The notes: generated by a model from the letters alone, not told the origin. 64,000 bases of DNA from an uncultured Gemmatimonadales bacterium (GCA_963850905.1 CAWKMU010000003.1:1792001-1856000), one strand, 5' to 3'. Positions 50,860 through 61,143 are shown, counted from the stretch's first letter. Translations and numbers: made by a program.

Positions 50860-53256
50860 ATGAGCACTGCACTCCGCGAGATTCGGTACGCCCTGCGCCG
50901 GCTGAGTCGCAGCCCGATGTTCACGATCGCGGCGACACTCACGCTGGCGATCGCGATCGGCGCGACGGCATCGGTGTTCGGGCTCGTCAATGGTGTCCTG
51001 CTCAAAGCGTTCCCGTACCGCGAACCCGATCGGGTGTTCGCGATCTGGGAAAGCAGCCCGCAGCGTCAGTTCCCGCAGTTTGCCGTGGCGCCGGCAAACT
51101 ACCTCGATTGGCGTGCGCAGAACCACACCTTCACGACGCTGGCGGCGGTCGCGTACCGAGACTACACGGTGACGGGGGCGCAGGAACCGGAGCGAGTCGT
51201 GGGGATGCAGGTGACCCCGAGCTACTTCCCCGTGCTTGGCGTTACGCTCGCGCGGGGGCGTGGGTTGGCGCCGGACTCCGGAGGCTCGCCAGAGGTCGTC
51301 CTCGGGTACGGCTACTGGCAACGTCGATTCGGCGGCTCGCCAGCGGCGCTCGGCGAACGCCTCACGCTCAATGATACCGTCTACACGATCGTGGGCATCA
51401 TGCCGAGGGGCATACCGGATAAGGCGGATCTGTGGACTCGCCTCAGCTTCACGGGTCGGCAGGCGGCGACGCGCGACAGCCACTATCTCGGTGTGTTTGG
51501 GCGCCTTCTCCCGGGCGTATCGCCAGAGGCGGGAGCGGCGGAGTTGCGGACCATCGCTCAGCGCCTGGCGATGGCCTATCCCGCGGCCGACCAGAACTGG
51601 ACGGTGGTTACGGTCCCGCTCACCGATCAGGTAGTCGGAAAGGTCAGACCAGCGCTGGTGATGTTGTTGTTGGCCGCTGCGTGCGTACTACTCATCGGCG
51701 CCGCCAACCTGGCGAACCTGTTTCTCGTCCGGTCGTTGGCGCGGCAGCGTGAGCTTGCGGTGCGCACGGCGCTTGGGGCGGCGCGCGGCCGGATCGTCCG
51801 CGAGTTGCTCGTTGAAGCCGGTGTGCTGGGGCTGTCCGCGGGCGCGCTCGGTGTCGGCGGAGCCGTGGTTGGTGTCCGCGTGCTGCGGACCCTCGCTCCG
51901 CCTGTGTTGCCACGTGTGAGCGAGATCGGGGTCGACGCTCGAGTCGTCGCGTTCTGTGCACTCACCTCGATCGCGGCAGTGTTGCTGTTCGGTATGCTCC
52001 CGGCGTGGCTGGCAGCGCGCGCGCGTCTCGCCGACGTGTTGAAGGAGGGTGGACGCGGCACCGGATCGGCACAGAGCCGCGTATTCCAGGACGGACTCGT
52101 CGTCCTGCAGGTAGCCGTTGCTCTCGTGCTGCTGACCGGAGCGGGCCTTCTGGTGGAGAGCTTCTCGCGCTTCGCGCACATGGATCCTGGCTTCAGGCCA
52201 GAGGGCGTGCTCACTGCGCAACTCACATTGCCGGCGCAGCGCTATCCAACGCCTGAGCAACAGACAGCGTTTGTGTCGGCCGTTCTGGAGCGGTTGTCGG
52301 CCGAACCCGGCGTCGTCGCGGCCGCTGCGGGGGACGCGCTGCCCAACACGACACTCAATCAAAACGTGTTTGCCATCATTGGCGATCCGGTGCCTGACCC
52401 TACGCACGTCCCGCTCGCCTATGCCATCGGTGCGAGCCCCGAGTACTTCCACACCCTCGGGATGCGTGTGCTTCGCGGCCGCGGGCTGATGCCAAGCGAT
52501 GGGATCCGCGCACCCAAGGTGGCGGTGGTCGATGAGCTGCTGGCGCGGCGGTATTTCGCCGGACGCGATCCAATCGGCCAACGCTTTGTGTTCAGGGACA
52601 CGCCAACAGGGCCCGACACGATCCAGATCGTAGGGGTGATCGCGACGGTCAAGGAGGGGGGACTCGCTTCCGACGACTATCCGGAGATCTACGCACCGCT
52701 CGCGCAGTACAACGAGCCCGTCATAGCGCTGGCCGTGCGCGTCTCGGGCGATCCGGAGGCGCTGACGGCGCCGCTCCGCCGAGTCGTTGCCAGTGTCGAT
52801 CCGACGGTCCCGTTGTCCGAGATCCGAACCATGAGTGCGTGGATGGCGCGGTCGATCGACACGACGCGGTTCTCAACGTTCCTCGCCTCGCTCTTCGCCG
52901 TGGTCGCTCTCATCCTCGGCATGGTCGGCATCTACAGCGTGTTGGCGTACATCGTGAGCCAGCGGCGGCGCGAGATCGCGGTGCGGATCGCGCTTGGTGC
53001 GACGGCGGGGGCGGTCATACGCGACGTGCTGCGTCGCGCGCTGGCGCTCGCCGGGGCTGGCATCGTGGTCGGTTCGCTCGCCGCGTGGATGCTCACGCGC
53101 GGACTCGCCGGCCTGTTCCTGGGCGTGAGTCCGCACGACCCGCTCGTGTTCGTCGGAGCGGCAATGATCTTCGCGCTGGTGGCGCTAGTTGCGGCGAGCA
53201 TTCCCGCGCTTCGCACGACGCGGGTCAATCCGGTGGAGGCGTTGACGTCGAGCTGA
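50860..53256 (+). CDS. ABC transporter permease, duplicated MacB/FtsX (ADOP family)
   Basis: LRRLSRSPMFT, ANLANL..RQRELAVRTALGA, and second repeat GIYSVL..QRRREIAVRIALGA. Confidence 0.93.
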   Translation: MSTALREIRYALRRLSRSPMFTIAATLTLAIAIGATASVFGLVNGVLLKAFPYREPDRVFAIWESSPQRQFPQFAVAPANYLDWRAQNHTFTTLAAVAYRDYTVTGAQEPERVVGMQVTPSYFPVLGVTLARGRGLAPDSGGSPEVVLGYGYWQRRFGGSPAALGERLTLNDTVYTIVGIMPRGIPDKADLWTRLSFTGRQAATRDSHYLGVFGRLLPGVSPEAGAAELRTIAQRLAMAYPAADQNWTVVTVPLTDQVVGKVRPALVMLLLAAACVLLIGAANLANLFLVRSLARQRELAVRTALGAARGRIVRELLVEAGVLGLSAGALGVGGAVVGVRVLRTLAPPVLPRVSEIGVDARVVAFCALTSIAAVLLFGMLPAWLAARARLADVLKEGGRGTGSAQSRVFQDGLVVLQVAVALVLLTGAGLLVESFSRFAHMDPGFRPEGVLTAQLTLPAQRYPTPEQQTAFVSAVLERLSAEPGVVAAAAGDALPNTTLNQNVFAIIGDPVPDPTHVPLAYAIGASPEYFHTLGMRVLRGRGLMPSDGIRAPKVAVVDELLARRYFAGRDPIGQRFVFRDTPTGPDTIQIVGVIATVKEGGLASDDYPEIYAPLAQYNEPVIALAVRVSGDPEALTAPLRRVVASVDPTVPLSEIRTMSAWMARSIDTTRFSTFLASLFAVVALILGMVGIYSVLAYIVSQRRREIAVRIALGATAGAVIRDVLRRALALAGAGIVVGSLAAWMLTRGLAGLFLGVSPHDPLVFVGAAMIFALVALVAASIPALRTTRVNPVEALTSS

Positions 53257-53259
53257 AGG

Positions 53260-55434
53260 TCATGGTGCTCGTGTGGAATCGTCCGCGGCCACGGTGATCG
53301 GCTGAATCACCAATTGTGACACGCGACACGCTCCAATCCTGGCGGGGTCGAAGTGGAGCGCCGTGAGCGACTGCGTCATCCGTGCCCTGCCGCTGTCATC
53401 CTGAGCGGCGGCGGGCTGGTCGCCGGATAGACTCAGCGCTCGAGCGCTCGACATGAGTGGTCGGCCGTCGGGATCGACGACCATCTCCACCGATACCGAA
53501 TCGGTGCGCGATGCCCCGCGCTGGCCCGATGACGTCGCGTCAGACGCGTCGGATGCCAGCGTGGCTTTCTGCGAGAGTGGCCACACGGGGACCTCGAGTC
53601 GGCCCAGAACCACGCTGCGGATATCCTCCGCTGGCTCGGTGAGCGAGACGAGGAGATCGAACTCCACCGACGACAGCCTGTCCGGACCTTGGGGGATGGA
53701 GGGGAAGGCGTGCGCGCTCGCCGCTCGAGCGAGCAGCGCGAGGAGGCTCGTATCGGCCCCGCCCGAGCGTGCAGACGCGGCAACCCGTGCCTGCGCGAGC
53801 GTGCCAGCCGAATCCAGCGTGAACCTGATCACCGTCGACAGCGCCGGGGACACCTCGAGCGGCTCTTGGCCGGACCCGTCAGGGTCTTTCACGAACGGGA
53901 GCCCAAAGGTCGACAAGGCGAGATCAGTCGGCACGACGGACCACCGCTCGATCACTCCGAGCACGCTGTCGGTGTAGCGCGCCCACGTCTTCCGGGACAG
54001 GTGCTGCGGTGCGTCGGTATGCAGCGTCGCGTAGATCGGGAAGTCCATCGTGTCGGACGACGTCGGCAGGGTGCACTGGGCATCGGCCACGATCGCCGGC
54101 GTTCCATGGATCACGGGCCCGCTGCTCCGAGGCGCGTTGTCATCGGCAGTGACCTTCGCGGGCGTGAGCCCCAATCGTGTCCGTGTCCAGATGATGACGA
54201 GGGCGCACCAATCCGAGCCGAATTGTACGGGGCGTTCCGACGCCTGATACACCTCGATCGCCCCAATGTCCGCGACATCGAACAGATGGTCGGGGGATTC
54301 CGGGCCGAGCGGCGTACCTTCGGGGGAATGTTCCAGCAGCATCGGTTGTGGGTTGCCATCGATGACGTACGACACGCAATTGGGGCCGCCGCGCGTTTGT
54401 GTGATCGCTGCCCCGAACTGTCTGCGAGGGCGTGTCACCTTCAGACCCGGCACGTTCTGGAACAGGTCGCTGAATTCTGCGGCCTGTTTCCGGACGATCT
54501 GGTCATAGGTCATGAAGTAGCCGTTGCCGGCTCGCAGGCGTTGCTCGAATCCCACCGTACGGTAGGCTGCTCGCTCCGCAGCCGTTGTTGTCACGGTCGG
54601 CAACAGCGGTACCGTGCGGACGAGTGTGACGCTTACTTCGCGCTCGTCCCGAGATGACAGATTCACCGCGATGCGCGCGGGTTGAAAACCGAGCCGACGG
54701 ACACTGACGAGGTAGGGTCCCGATTGGGCCGAGCGGATCGTGAAGTGGCCGGCGCCGTCGGTCGTGGCTGTGTCGTGCGTACCCACTAACCCGACCGCTG
54801 CTCCGGAGACGGGGGTGCTATCGGGTTGCACGACGCGTCCCGTAAGCCGTGCGGCGTGCGCAGTATCGGCCGCGCGAGCGATTCGCGCGGGCGGCATCCC
54901 GGACGCCACGCCTCGAGCGCCAGCATCGCCACCAACGGCGGGTCTTGTTTGGGCGACGAGGGTGAGATGACCATCAGGACTCACCAGGACGTCCAGGCGC
55001 GCATTCATCAGCACCCGACTCAGTGCCGTCGCGACGGTCACGTCATCGGCCCTCGTTGTAACGCGCGCGTCGGGTGGGATCAGCTCCGTGCTGTAGGTAA
55101 CCTCGAGACCGGCGTGCGCTGCCACAGACTGGACAGCGGCGCCAAGCGCGGCATCGGTGAACGAAACGGAGACTCGCCGGTTGAGCTCGGGCGCCCCGCG
55201 CGCATCGACGCGAGCGCCGTCCTGTGTTCGCAATGTGAAGAACGCCGGCCCCCCGCCTGATCTCATGGCGGACGCACTATCCGCGTGGACCGCGTCGCGC
55301 GTCTCGCTGTGGCCGGGTGTCGCTCGCCCGGTCGTATCCTGAGCGGCGCACACATTCATCGCTTGCACAACGGCCGCAGTGATCACAACAACGGGAACGC
55401 CAATGCGGCGGGGGGTGAGGAAGTGGCACCACAT
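53260..55434 (-). CDS. STN + carboxypeptidase-regulatory-like + TonB-plug + TonB_C-like protein, no beta-barrel
   Basis: STN (LNRRVSVSFTDAAL), TTDGAGHF..RRLGF, plug (LFQNVPGL..VIDG..DIGAIEVY..VIIWTR), and two TonB_C-like units. Confidence 0.75.
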   Translation of the reverse strand: MWCHFLTPRRIGVPVVVITAAVVQAMNVCAAQDTTGRATPGHSETRDAVHADSASAMRSGGGPAFFTLRTQDGARVDARGAPELNRRVSVSFTDAALGAAVQSVAAHAGLEVTYSTELIPPDARVTTRADDVTVATALSRVLMNARLDVLVSPDGHLTLVAQTRPAVGGDAGARGVASGMPPARIARAADTAHAARLTGRVVQPDSTPVSGAAVGLVGTHDTATTDGAGHFTIRSAQSGPYLVSVRRLGFQPARIAVNLSSRDEREVSVTLVRTVPLLPTVTTTAAERAAYRTVGFEQRLRAGNGYFMTYDQIVRKQAAEFSDLFQNVPGLKVTRPRRQFGAAITQTRGGPNCVSYVIDGNPQPMLLEHSPEGTPLGPESPDHLFDVADIGAIEVYQASERPVQFGSDWCALVIIWTRTRLGLTPAKVTADDNAPRSSGPVIHGTPAIVADAQCTLPTSSDTMDFPIYATLHTDAPQHLSRKTWARYTDSVLGVIERWSVVPTDLALSTFGLPFVKDPDGSGQEPLEVSPALSTVIRFTLDSAGTLAQARVAASARSGGADTSLLALLARAASAHAFPSIPQGPDRLSSVEFDLLVSLTEPAEDIRSVVLGRLEVPVWPLSQKATLASDASDATSSGQRGASRTDSVSVEMVVDPDGRPLMSSARALSLSGDQPAAAQDDSGRARMTQSLTALHFDPARIGACRVSQLVIQPITVAADDSTRAP

Positions 55435-55442
55435 CGTCAGGC

Positions 55443-56498
55443 CTACGTGCTACCGGGACGCAGCGGAGCCAGCGTGACGACTCGCCCCTGCCGCTGTACG
55501 GTCGCAGAGAGCGTGGCGCCGAGACTCATCAACACGTCGTCAGCCGGCGAGTTGGTGTACGTCGCCGTCACGTGTCGCGCTGCGAGGGCAGGATCCGTGA
55601 CGCGCACGTCCAGGTCGTACCAGCGGCTGATGGTTGCCGCGACCTCCGGTACCGGCGTTGCGTCGAAGACGAGCTGCCCCGTCCGCCATGCCAGAAAGTG
55701 GTCGGCGTGTGCCAGGCGGACGACTTTGGGGGTGCCCCGGCTCTCGACGACGGCGAGCTGACCCGCGACAAGCGACACGCCGCGGACATCGACGCGGCCC
55801 TCAGCCACGACGACGCGTGTCGTGGCCGATCCAGGATAGGCACTCACGTCAAATGTGGTCCCGACGTCGCGCGTGACCACCTGTGCGGTGCGTACCGTGA
55901 AGGGGCGCTTCGCGTCGTGCCGGACGACGAACGCGGCCTCCCCCTCCAGCGCGACCTCTCGCATCTCACCGCCGTAGCCCAAAGGGACGTGCAACCGGCT
56001 GTCCGGCGCCAATGTGATCTGCGAGCCATCGGCGAGCGCCAGCGTCGTGCGTTGCCCCGGGGTTGTGGCGTAGTCGCGTGCCACGCGCGCCCCACGGGTC
56101 GGGTGCATGGTGAATCGCCTCGCGGCGAGCCACGCGGCGGTCGAGCCCACCACGATGAGTGCCGCCGCGGCGAGCCGTCCCCAGACTATGGCTGTCCGCG
56201 TTCGCTGGGCGCGGCGCGGGCGCGGCGGTGGTGGCATTCGTAGGTCGACCGGGTCTTGCGCGAGCGCCGTCTCACGCGCGACTCCGCGCCACACGCGGGC
56301 GAGGTTCCAGTTCGGGGCGCGGTCACTCCCCGCCGCGCGAATGACGCGCGCAGCGTCCAGCGCACGGGCGAACGCCGGGTCGGCCCGATGGCTTTCGACC
56401 GCGTGCGCGTCCGCCTCGTCGCATTCGCCGGCGAGGTAGCGATCGATCAGGGGCCAATCAATCGGGTCCTGGTCGCTCACACGCGCCAGGTCTGGCAT
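55443..56498 (-). CDS. FecR-family anti-sigma factor
   Basis: IDRYLAGE, TM segment, LADGS, LEGEAAF, VGTTFDV and AWRTGQLVF..ISRWY. Confidence 0.93.
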   Translation of the reverse strand: MPDLARVSDQDPIDWPLIDRYLAGECDEADAHAVESHRADPAFARALDAARVIRAAGSDRAPNWNLARVWRGVARETALAQDPVDLRMPPPPRPRRAQRTRTAIVWGRLAAAALIVVGSTAAWLAARRFTMHPTRGARVARDYATTPGQRTTLALADGSQITLAPDSRLHVPLGYGGEMREVALEGEAAFVVRHDAKRPFTVRTAQVVTRDVGTTFDVSAYPGSATTRVVVAEGRVDVRGVSLVAGQLAVVESRGTPKVVRLAHADHFLAWRTGQLVFDATPVPEVAATISRWYDLDVRVTDPALAARHVTATYTNSPADDVLMSLGATLSATVQRQGRVVTLAPLRPGST

Positions 56499-56581
56499 GG
56501 GGTCCGTTCCACACCCGACTTACGACGCAGCCCCGCCGATCCCCCAACGTCGACAGATCGCGGGCCAACCACGCGTCCGGC

Positions 56582-57184
56582 TTACCCGAGCGGGGGCAGG
56601 TGGGGAATGCGCTGGCGCAGCTCTTTGTACGCCAACCCGAGATGGCGGGAGACGGTTTTCTGGGCCAGGTTGAGCCTGGTGGCGATCTCCGCGTACGTGA
56701 GTCCGTATCCCCAGCGCAATGTGCAAACGGCCCGCCGCTGCGGTGCAAGCGTTTCGATTGCCTCTCGGATCGCTACGGCCGTCTCCTCGGCATCAAACTC
56801 GTCGTCGGAGCCCACTGCGACCTTCGGGCCGCGGTGCGCAATTTCATGCCGTGCTGCGCCGCGTCGCCGGTCAACAACCCGCTCATGTTTGATCCGGTCG
56901 CGAACCATGTTTCGGGTTGCGAGCATGAGATACGCGGCGAGTGAGCCCCGCAGCTCCCAGTGTTCACGGCCGATCCAGAGACGGGCGAACACCGCCTGGA
57001 CGGCATCCTCCGCGTCGTCCGCCGAGCCGGTGCAGTGATAGGCGAAGTCCAGCAGGCCGCGCGCGTACCGACGGAAAATTGCCTCGAACGCCTCGGTATC
57101 CCCTGCGCGCACTCGATCGACGAGCGCAACATCGCGCGCGAGATCGTCTTGTCGAGAAAATGGATCAGAGACGAGGACAGGCAT
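56582..57184 (-). CDS. ECF sigma-70 factor
   Basis: GDTEAFEAIF, DAEDAVQAVF and GLTYAEIA. Confidence 0.93.
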   Translation of the reverse strand: MPVLVSDPFSRQDDLARDVALVDRVRAGDTEAFEAIFRRYARGLLDFAYHCTGSADDAEDAVQAVFARLWIGREHWELRGSLAAYLMLATRNMVRDRIKHERVVDRRRGAARHEIAHRGPKVAVGSDDEFDAEETAVAIREAIETLAPQRRAVCTLRWGYGLTYAEIATRLNLAQKTVSRHLGLAYKELRQRIPHLPPLG

Positions 57185-57301
57185 TGGCTCACCGGCAAAC
57201 CGGAGGGTGAGTCTACGCCATGGGGTTGGTCGAGCGCAATCGGGTCGTCGGCCCACTTGCGTCGAATAGCGGGCGCCCCCAACGCCGCCTCGACATCGAG
57301 C

Positions 57302-58768
57302 CTATCGGATCTTCACCGCCTTGTAGTCTTCGGCGATCGTCATGCTCGCCACGCGCCCGGCGTGAGCACGGTTGAACGCGATCGGGAACTCCCCGGGGCG
57401 TGCGACGAAGGTCGAGTCGGATTCGGGCAACAACTCGGTCTTGCTGAGCATGCCCTCGACTGTGACGAAGAGCTTGCCATTCTCCGCGCTCACGGTAGCG
57501 ACCATCGGGGGTGGGCCCGGTACCCGGTACCGGCCTGCGATTGCGGCGAGCTGCTTCGCGTCCAACGCAACGACAGGGAGCTCCGTTTGCCGGCGGTCGG
57601 GCCACCCATACTCTGCGGCCACGCTGGGGATGATCTCGTTGATCAACGAGCCGCCGTTGTCGCCATTCGTCATGATGGCCACGCCCTGGCCACGCTCCGG
57701 GAACATCACGAAGGCCGAGATGAAGCCCTCGTCGGATCCGTCATGTGAGAACTCCAGATCTCGGCCACTGCCGTGAACCACGTACCCGATGCCGAACGGC
57801 GCCTTCTGCACCGTGAGCATTTGCTGAAGCGTCGCGTGATTCACGATCGTATCCGACTGGCCCGCCAAGGTGCGCTCGAGATCGATGCCCAGCGTCATGA
57901 GGTCGGACGGTGTCGTCCAGAGACCAGCCGCGCTCATCTCGGGGTAGGTGTGATACTTCCCCTTGATCGGATGACCGGCGGTGTCGTGTCCGGTCGCCGC
58001 TTCACTGGCGAGCGAGACAGGCAGCGGCTGGTCGTACGTGCTATGGGTCATCCCCGCGGGGCCAAGCACGGTCTCCTGCATGAAGACCGGGAACGGCTCC
58101 TTCGTGACGTCGGTGACCAGCAGCATGGCGATCGTCGTGCCGCCGCCAGAATACCGCGAGATCGCGCCTGGGAACGTGTCGACGCGAACGGGCGGCGTGT
58201 TGGCGGGCTTCACGCCGTCGAGTATCTGTGGCACGGTCGGAATCGGCGAGCCGGCCTCGTATCCGGGGAAACCGTGAACTGTGAGGCCCGCGTTGTGGCT
58301 GAGGATGCGCCGCAGGGTGACTTTTTGCTGCGCCGTGAACCGGTTCTCGGGTACGTGCCAGGAAACCAGCTTCGCATTGACGTCCTGATCGAGGTCGAGC
58401 TTTCCCTGTTGCACCAATCGCATGACGCCAAGCGCAAATGTTGGCTTACTGATCGATCCTGCTTCAAACCGTGTGGTGGGTGTGACGGGATTCGAGTCGC
58501 CCGCTTGCCTGGCCCCGAAGCCTTCCGCCCACACGATGCGCCCGCTGTCGACGAGGGCGATACTGACACCGGGGACGTGATAGTACTGCATGCGTGTAGG
58601 GAGTCTCCACCGGATGGGGGATTCGCCCTTGACCACCACCGCAGGACGCAATCCTGCGATCACCCGATACATGCGCACGTCCTGCGACTGATCGGGACGT
58701 GCCGCGGACTCAGATCGGGAACACGCTGCCACCAGGCACGCGACAAGTGCAACAGCCCAACGGGTCAC
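57302..58768 (-). CDS. Lipoprotein serine hydrolase, beta-lactamase family with DUF3471-like C-domain
   Basis: VAAC lipobox; SISK, ILSHNAG, YSGGG, AAGLWTT and HDG. Confidence 0.92.
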   Translation of the reverse strand: MTRWAVALVACLVAACSRSESAARPDQSQDVRMYRVIAGLRPAVVVKGESPIRWRLPTRMQYYHVPGVSIALVDSGRIVWAEGFGARQAGDSNPVTPTTRFEAGSISKPTFALGVMRLVQQGKLDLDQDVNAKLVSWHVPENRFTAQQKVTLRRILSHNAGLTVHGFPGYEAGSPIPTVPQILDGVKPANTPPVRVDTFPGAISRYSGGGTTIAMLLVTDVTKEPFPVFMQETVLGPAGMTHSTYDQPLPVSLASEAATGHDTAGHPIKGKYHTYPEMSAAGLWTTPSDLMTLGIDLERTLAGQSDTIVNHATLQQMLTVQKAPFGIGYVVHGSGRDLEFSHDGSDEGFISAFVMFPERGQGVAIMTNGDNGGSLINEIIPSVAAEYGWPDRRQTELPVVALDAKQLAAIAGRYRVPGPPPMVATVSAENGKLFVTVEGMLSKTELLPESDSTFVARPGEFPIAFNRAHAGRVASMTIAEDYKAVKIR

Positions 58769-58842
58769 CGGGCCCCCTCGAAGGGATGGAGATTACGTGG
58801 CGAGGTTGCGCGGGCCGATGACACCCTCGCAACCGCTCACAC

Positions 58843-59667
58843 CTAATCTCTCTTCACCACGAGGGGTCCGTTAGTCGTCACGACACGAATCGGCGGACCA
58901 CCACCGCCCAGGTCGATGGCCAGGCGACGCGAATCGATGCGCCCCTGTACGGTGACGGGGAAATCGACCTCCATGGGCCCATTGACCGTGCTCGTCTCGA
59001 GATGCGCGGCGTATTGCGCTGGGATGGTCAGTTCTACAGGTCCGTTCTGTGTTTCAGCGTCCAGCCCGACTCCGTCCCACTTCGTGCCAGCCAGCGTGAC
59101 ATCGAGTGGTCCGTTTTCCGCCCGCGCGTGCACGTCACCGCCCAACCGGTCGAGCGAGATGGGGCCGTTGACTGCGTCGAGTCGGATCCGTCCAGTCACT
59201 CCGTCAACCGTCACTGGGCCGTTGTGTGCCGAGAGCGTCAGGTCATACCGCACGGGCACGACGATCCGGTAGCTCACGCTCCACGACCGGCGATGCGATG
59301 ACGACGGCCCCTCGGCGGTGATCCGGTTGCCGGTCGTCGTGACGCGGACCTGGCTGGCGACCTCACGGGCCTCGTCACTCGATGAGCCCCGTGTCTCGAT
59401 GAGTTCGTGGACGACGATACTGTCGCCCGTCGACCCCATGACCTCGGTGCTCCCATTGTCGTTCTCGACCGAGAGTTGCCCGGCACTCGCGCCCAACCGC
59501 TCGACTCGCACCTCGCAGTAGCGGACGTCGTCCGATCCACGGGACCGCTCACACTGGTCGCGCCAATGCGCGTCATCTCGATCCTGACCCTTGAGAGTGG
59601 CCGTGGCTGTCACTGTCGACAGCAGGACTGCGAGCCACGCAGGGCTCAGCCGCCGGGATGTGGGCAT
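58843..59667 (-). CDS. DUF4097-like beta-strand repeat protein
   Basis: Repeated xNGPxxL/V units; signal peptide; GGGG RBS. Confidence 0.85.
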   Translation of the reverse strand: MPTSRRLSPAWLAVLLSTVTATATLKGQDRDDAHWRDQCERSRGSDDVRYCEVRVERLGASAGQLSVENDNGSTEVMGSTGDSIVVHELIETRGSSSDEAREVASQVRVTTTGNRITAEGPSSSHRRSWSVSYRIVVPVRYDLTLSAHNGPVTVDGVTGRIRLDAVNGPISLDRLGGDVHARAENGPLDVTLAGTKWDGVGLDAETQNGPVELTIPAQYAAHLETSTVNGPMEVDFPVTVQGRIDSRRLAIDLGGGGPPIRVVTTNGPLVVKRD

Positions 59668-59734
59668 ACGTGTCCCCCGTTGTGTGATCACAGATGAGAT
59701 GGCACGGGGGCGGATTTGGTTTGCAGCGGTCCGT

Positions 59735-60007
59735 TTAGCGCTTCGCCTGCGCCCTGTACCACGCATAGATGAGGGTGGCGACCACGCCGCCGTTGCCGAT
59801 GACCACGCCGGCGCCGAGCGCGATGCGTCCATGTTCCAAGCTCGACGTGTGGGCGCTCCACATCACGAGAAACAGGCCCAGTCCAGCCCAGAGGACACAG
59901 GTCGCGAGGACCAGGAGCACGTCCCGCCGCTCACCCCGGGCCGCTTCTTCCTCGTCGGCCACCCGTCGCAAGCTCCGCGCGATGCGGTCCTGGTCCGTCG
60001 TGGGCAT
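59735..60007 (-). CDS. Small two-TM membrane protein
   Basis: Two hydrophobic segments in a 90-aa ORF. Confidence 0.6.
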   Translation of the reverse strand: MPTTDQDRIARSLRRVADEEEAARGERRDVLLVLATCVLWAGLGLFLVMWSAHTSSLEHGRIALGAGVVIGNGGVVATLIYAWYRAQAKR

Positions 60008-60109
60008 GGTGCGTGTAATGATAGTGCGTCACCCAGCGGCCGACGATGATGCAGAGCGGCCCGCGGGGTGAAAGAACCGCGGGCCGTACGATCACTGCTG
60101 TCTCCGGCG

Positions 60110-60370
60110 TTAGCGCGAGCTGGCCGCTGCGCGCTTGCGCCTGCGCGGCACCTTTGCACCCTTTGCGCGCGCCTCGGACAAGCCGATCGCGATTGCCTGC
60201 TTTCGGCTCTTTACGCGGCCGCCTTTACCTCCGCGCCCGCTTCGAAGCGTGCCGCGCTTTTCGCGCCGCGTGGCGCTCGCTACGCTCTTGCTCGCGGCTG
60301 GTCCGTAGCGACGAGTTCGTCGAACTGATCTCCGAGCGGTCTTGCGACCGCCCTTGCGTGACGTGGCCAT
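60110..60370 (-). CDS. Small basic DUF6496-like protein
   Basis: AGGAG RBS; GTLRSG..VKSRKQAIAIGLSEAR..GAKVP. Confidence 0.85.
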   Translation of the reverse strand: MATSRKGGRKTARRSVRRTRRYGPAASKSVASATRREKRGTLRSGRGGKGGRVKSRKQAIAIGLSEARAKGAKVPRRRKRAAASSR

Positions 60371-60617
60371 TGGAGCGTCTCCTGAGTGTGCTTTCTGGAC
60401 CCCGATTGCAACTTTGAGCCCACTATCGAGTCCAGGGAAGCCGAGTTCGTTTCCCGCGTTATGTGAACCAAAGACACAGCCTTTTGCTCCGCGACATCGA
60501 CGTGGTATCGCACTCATGGGTGCGATGTATGCGGCATCGCGGCGAAGAGGCGGGCAGCACGCGGGTGGTCTGACCCGTTGCGACCGGGCCGACTGACATC
60601 GATCTCGGGGGTGCCAA

Positions 60618-60881
60618 ATGGCGCGGTGCGAAGTGTGCGGCAACGACTACTACCTGTCGTTCGAGGTGATCACGTCTGGTACGCGGCACGTATTCGACAG
60701 CTTCGAGTGTGCCATCCACAAGCTGGCACCGGTTTGCGATCACTGCGGCTGCAAGATCGTGGGTCACGGTATCGAGGCGAACGGGACGTTCTACTGTTGC
60801 GCCCACTGCGCGCGTCATGCTGGCGCCGACGCGGCGGTGGATCACGTCTACGCGACGTCGGGTCCGTGGCCGGCCCGCTGA
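60618..60881 (+). CDS. Cys-rich metallothionein-like / zinc-ribbon protein
   Basis: CEVCGNDY, FDSFECAI, CDHCGC and YCCAHCA; GGGGGT RBS. Confidence 0.85.
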   Translation: MARCEVCGNDYYLSFEVITSGTRHVFDSFECAIHKLAPVCDHCGCKIVGHGIEANGTFYCCAHCARHAGADAAVDHVYATSGPWPAR

Positions 60882-60930
60882 CCACGGACGTGGACGTCAG
60901 TCCCGGTCATCACGGGTGCGCGAGCCGCTG

Positions 60931-61143
60931 ATGACAGAGCCGAGGAAACCGCGCGAGGCGTCGCCCCAGGAGGCGACCGAGGCGCGCCGCTCTCATGGCC
61001 GTCCGGTGCGGGACGAGACGACGGTCGACGAGGCGGATGAGGTCGTGGACACGGCGTCGTACGACAGCTTTCCAGCAAGCGATTCACCGGGGTGGGCACC
61101 ACTGCACGTTGGCGCAGCACGCGTGGGTGACGCGAAGGAATAG
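60931..61143 (+). CDS. Small acidic protein with SFPASD motif
   Basis: VDTASYDSFPASDSPGW matches a widespread small-protein motif (D-A-S-x-x-SFPASDP). Confidence 0.7.
   Translation: MTEPRKPREASPQEATEARRSHGRPVRDETTVDEADEVVDTASYDSFPASDSPGWAPLHVGAARVGDAKE

Noticed and set aside
31391..58768. Antibiotic-resistance beta-lactamases (31391..32611 and 57302..58768)
   Set aside because: Motifs fit the broad serine hydrolase/esterase family and show nothing specific to beta-lactam hydrolysis.
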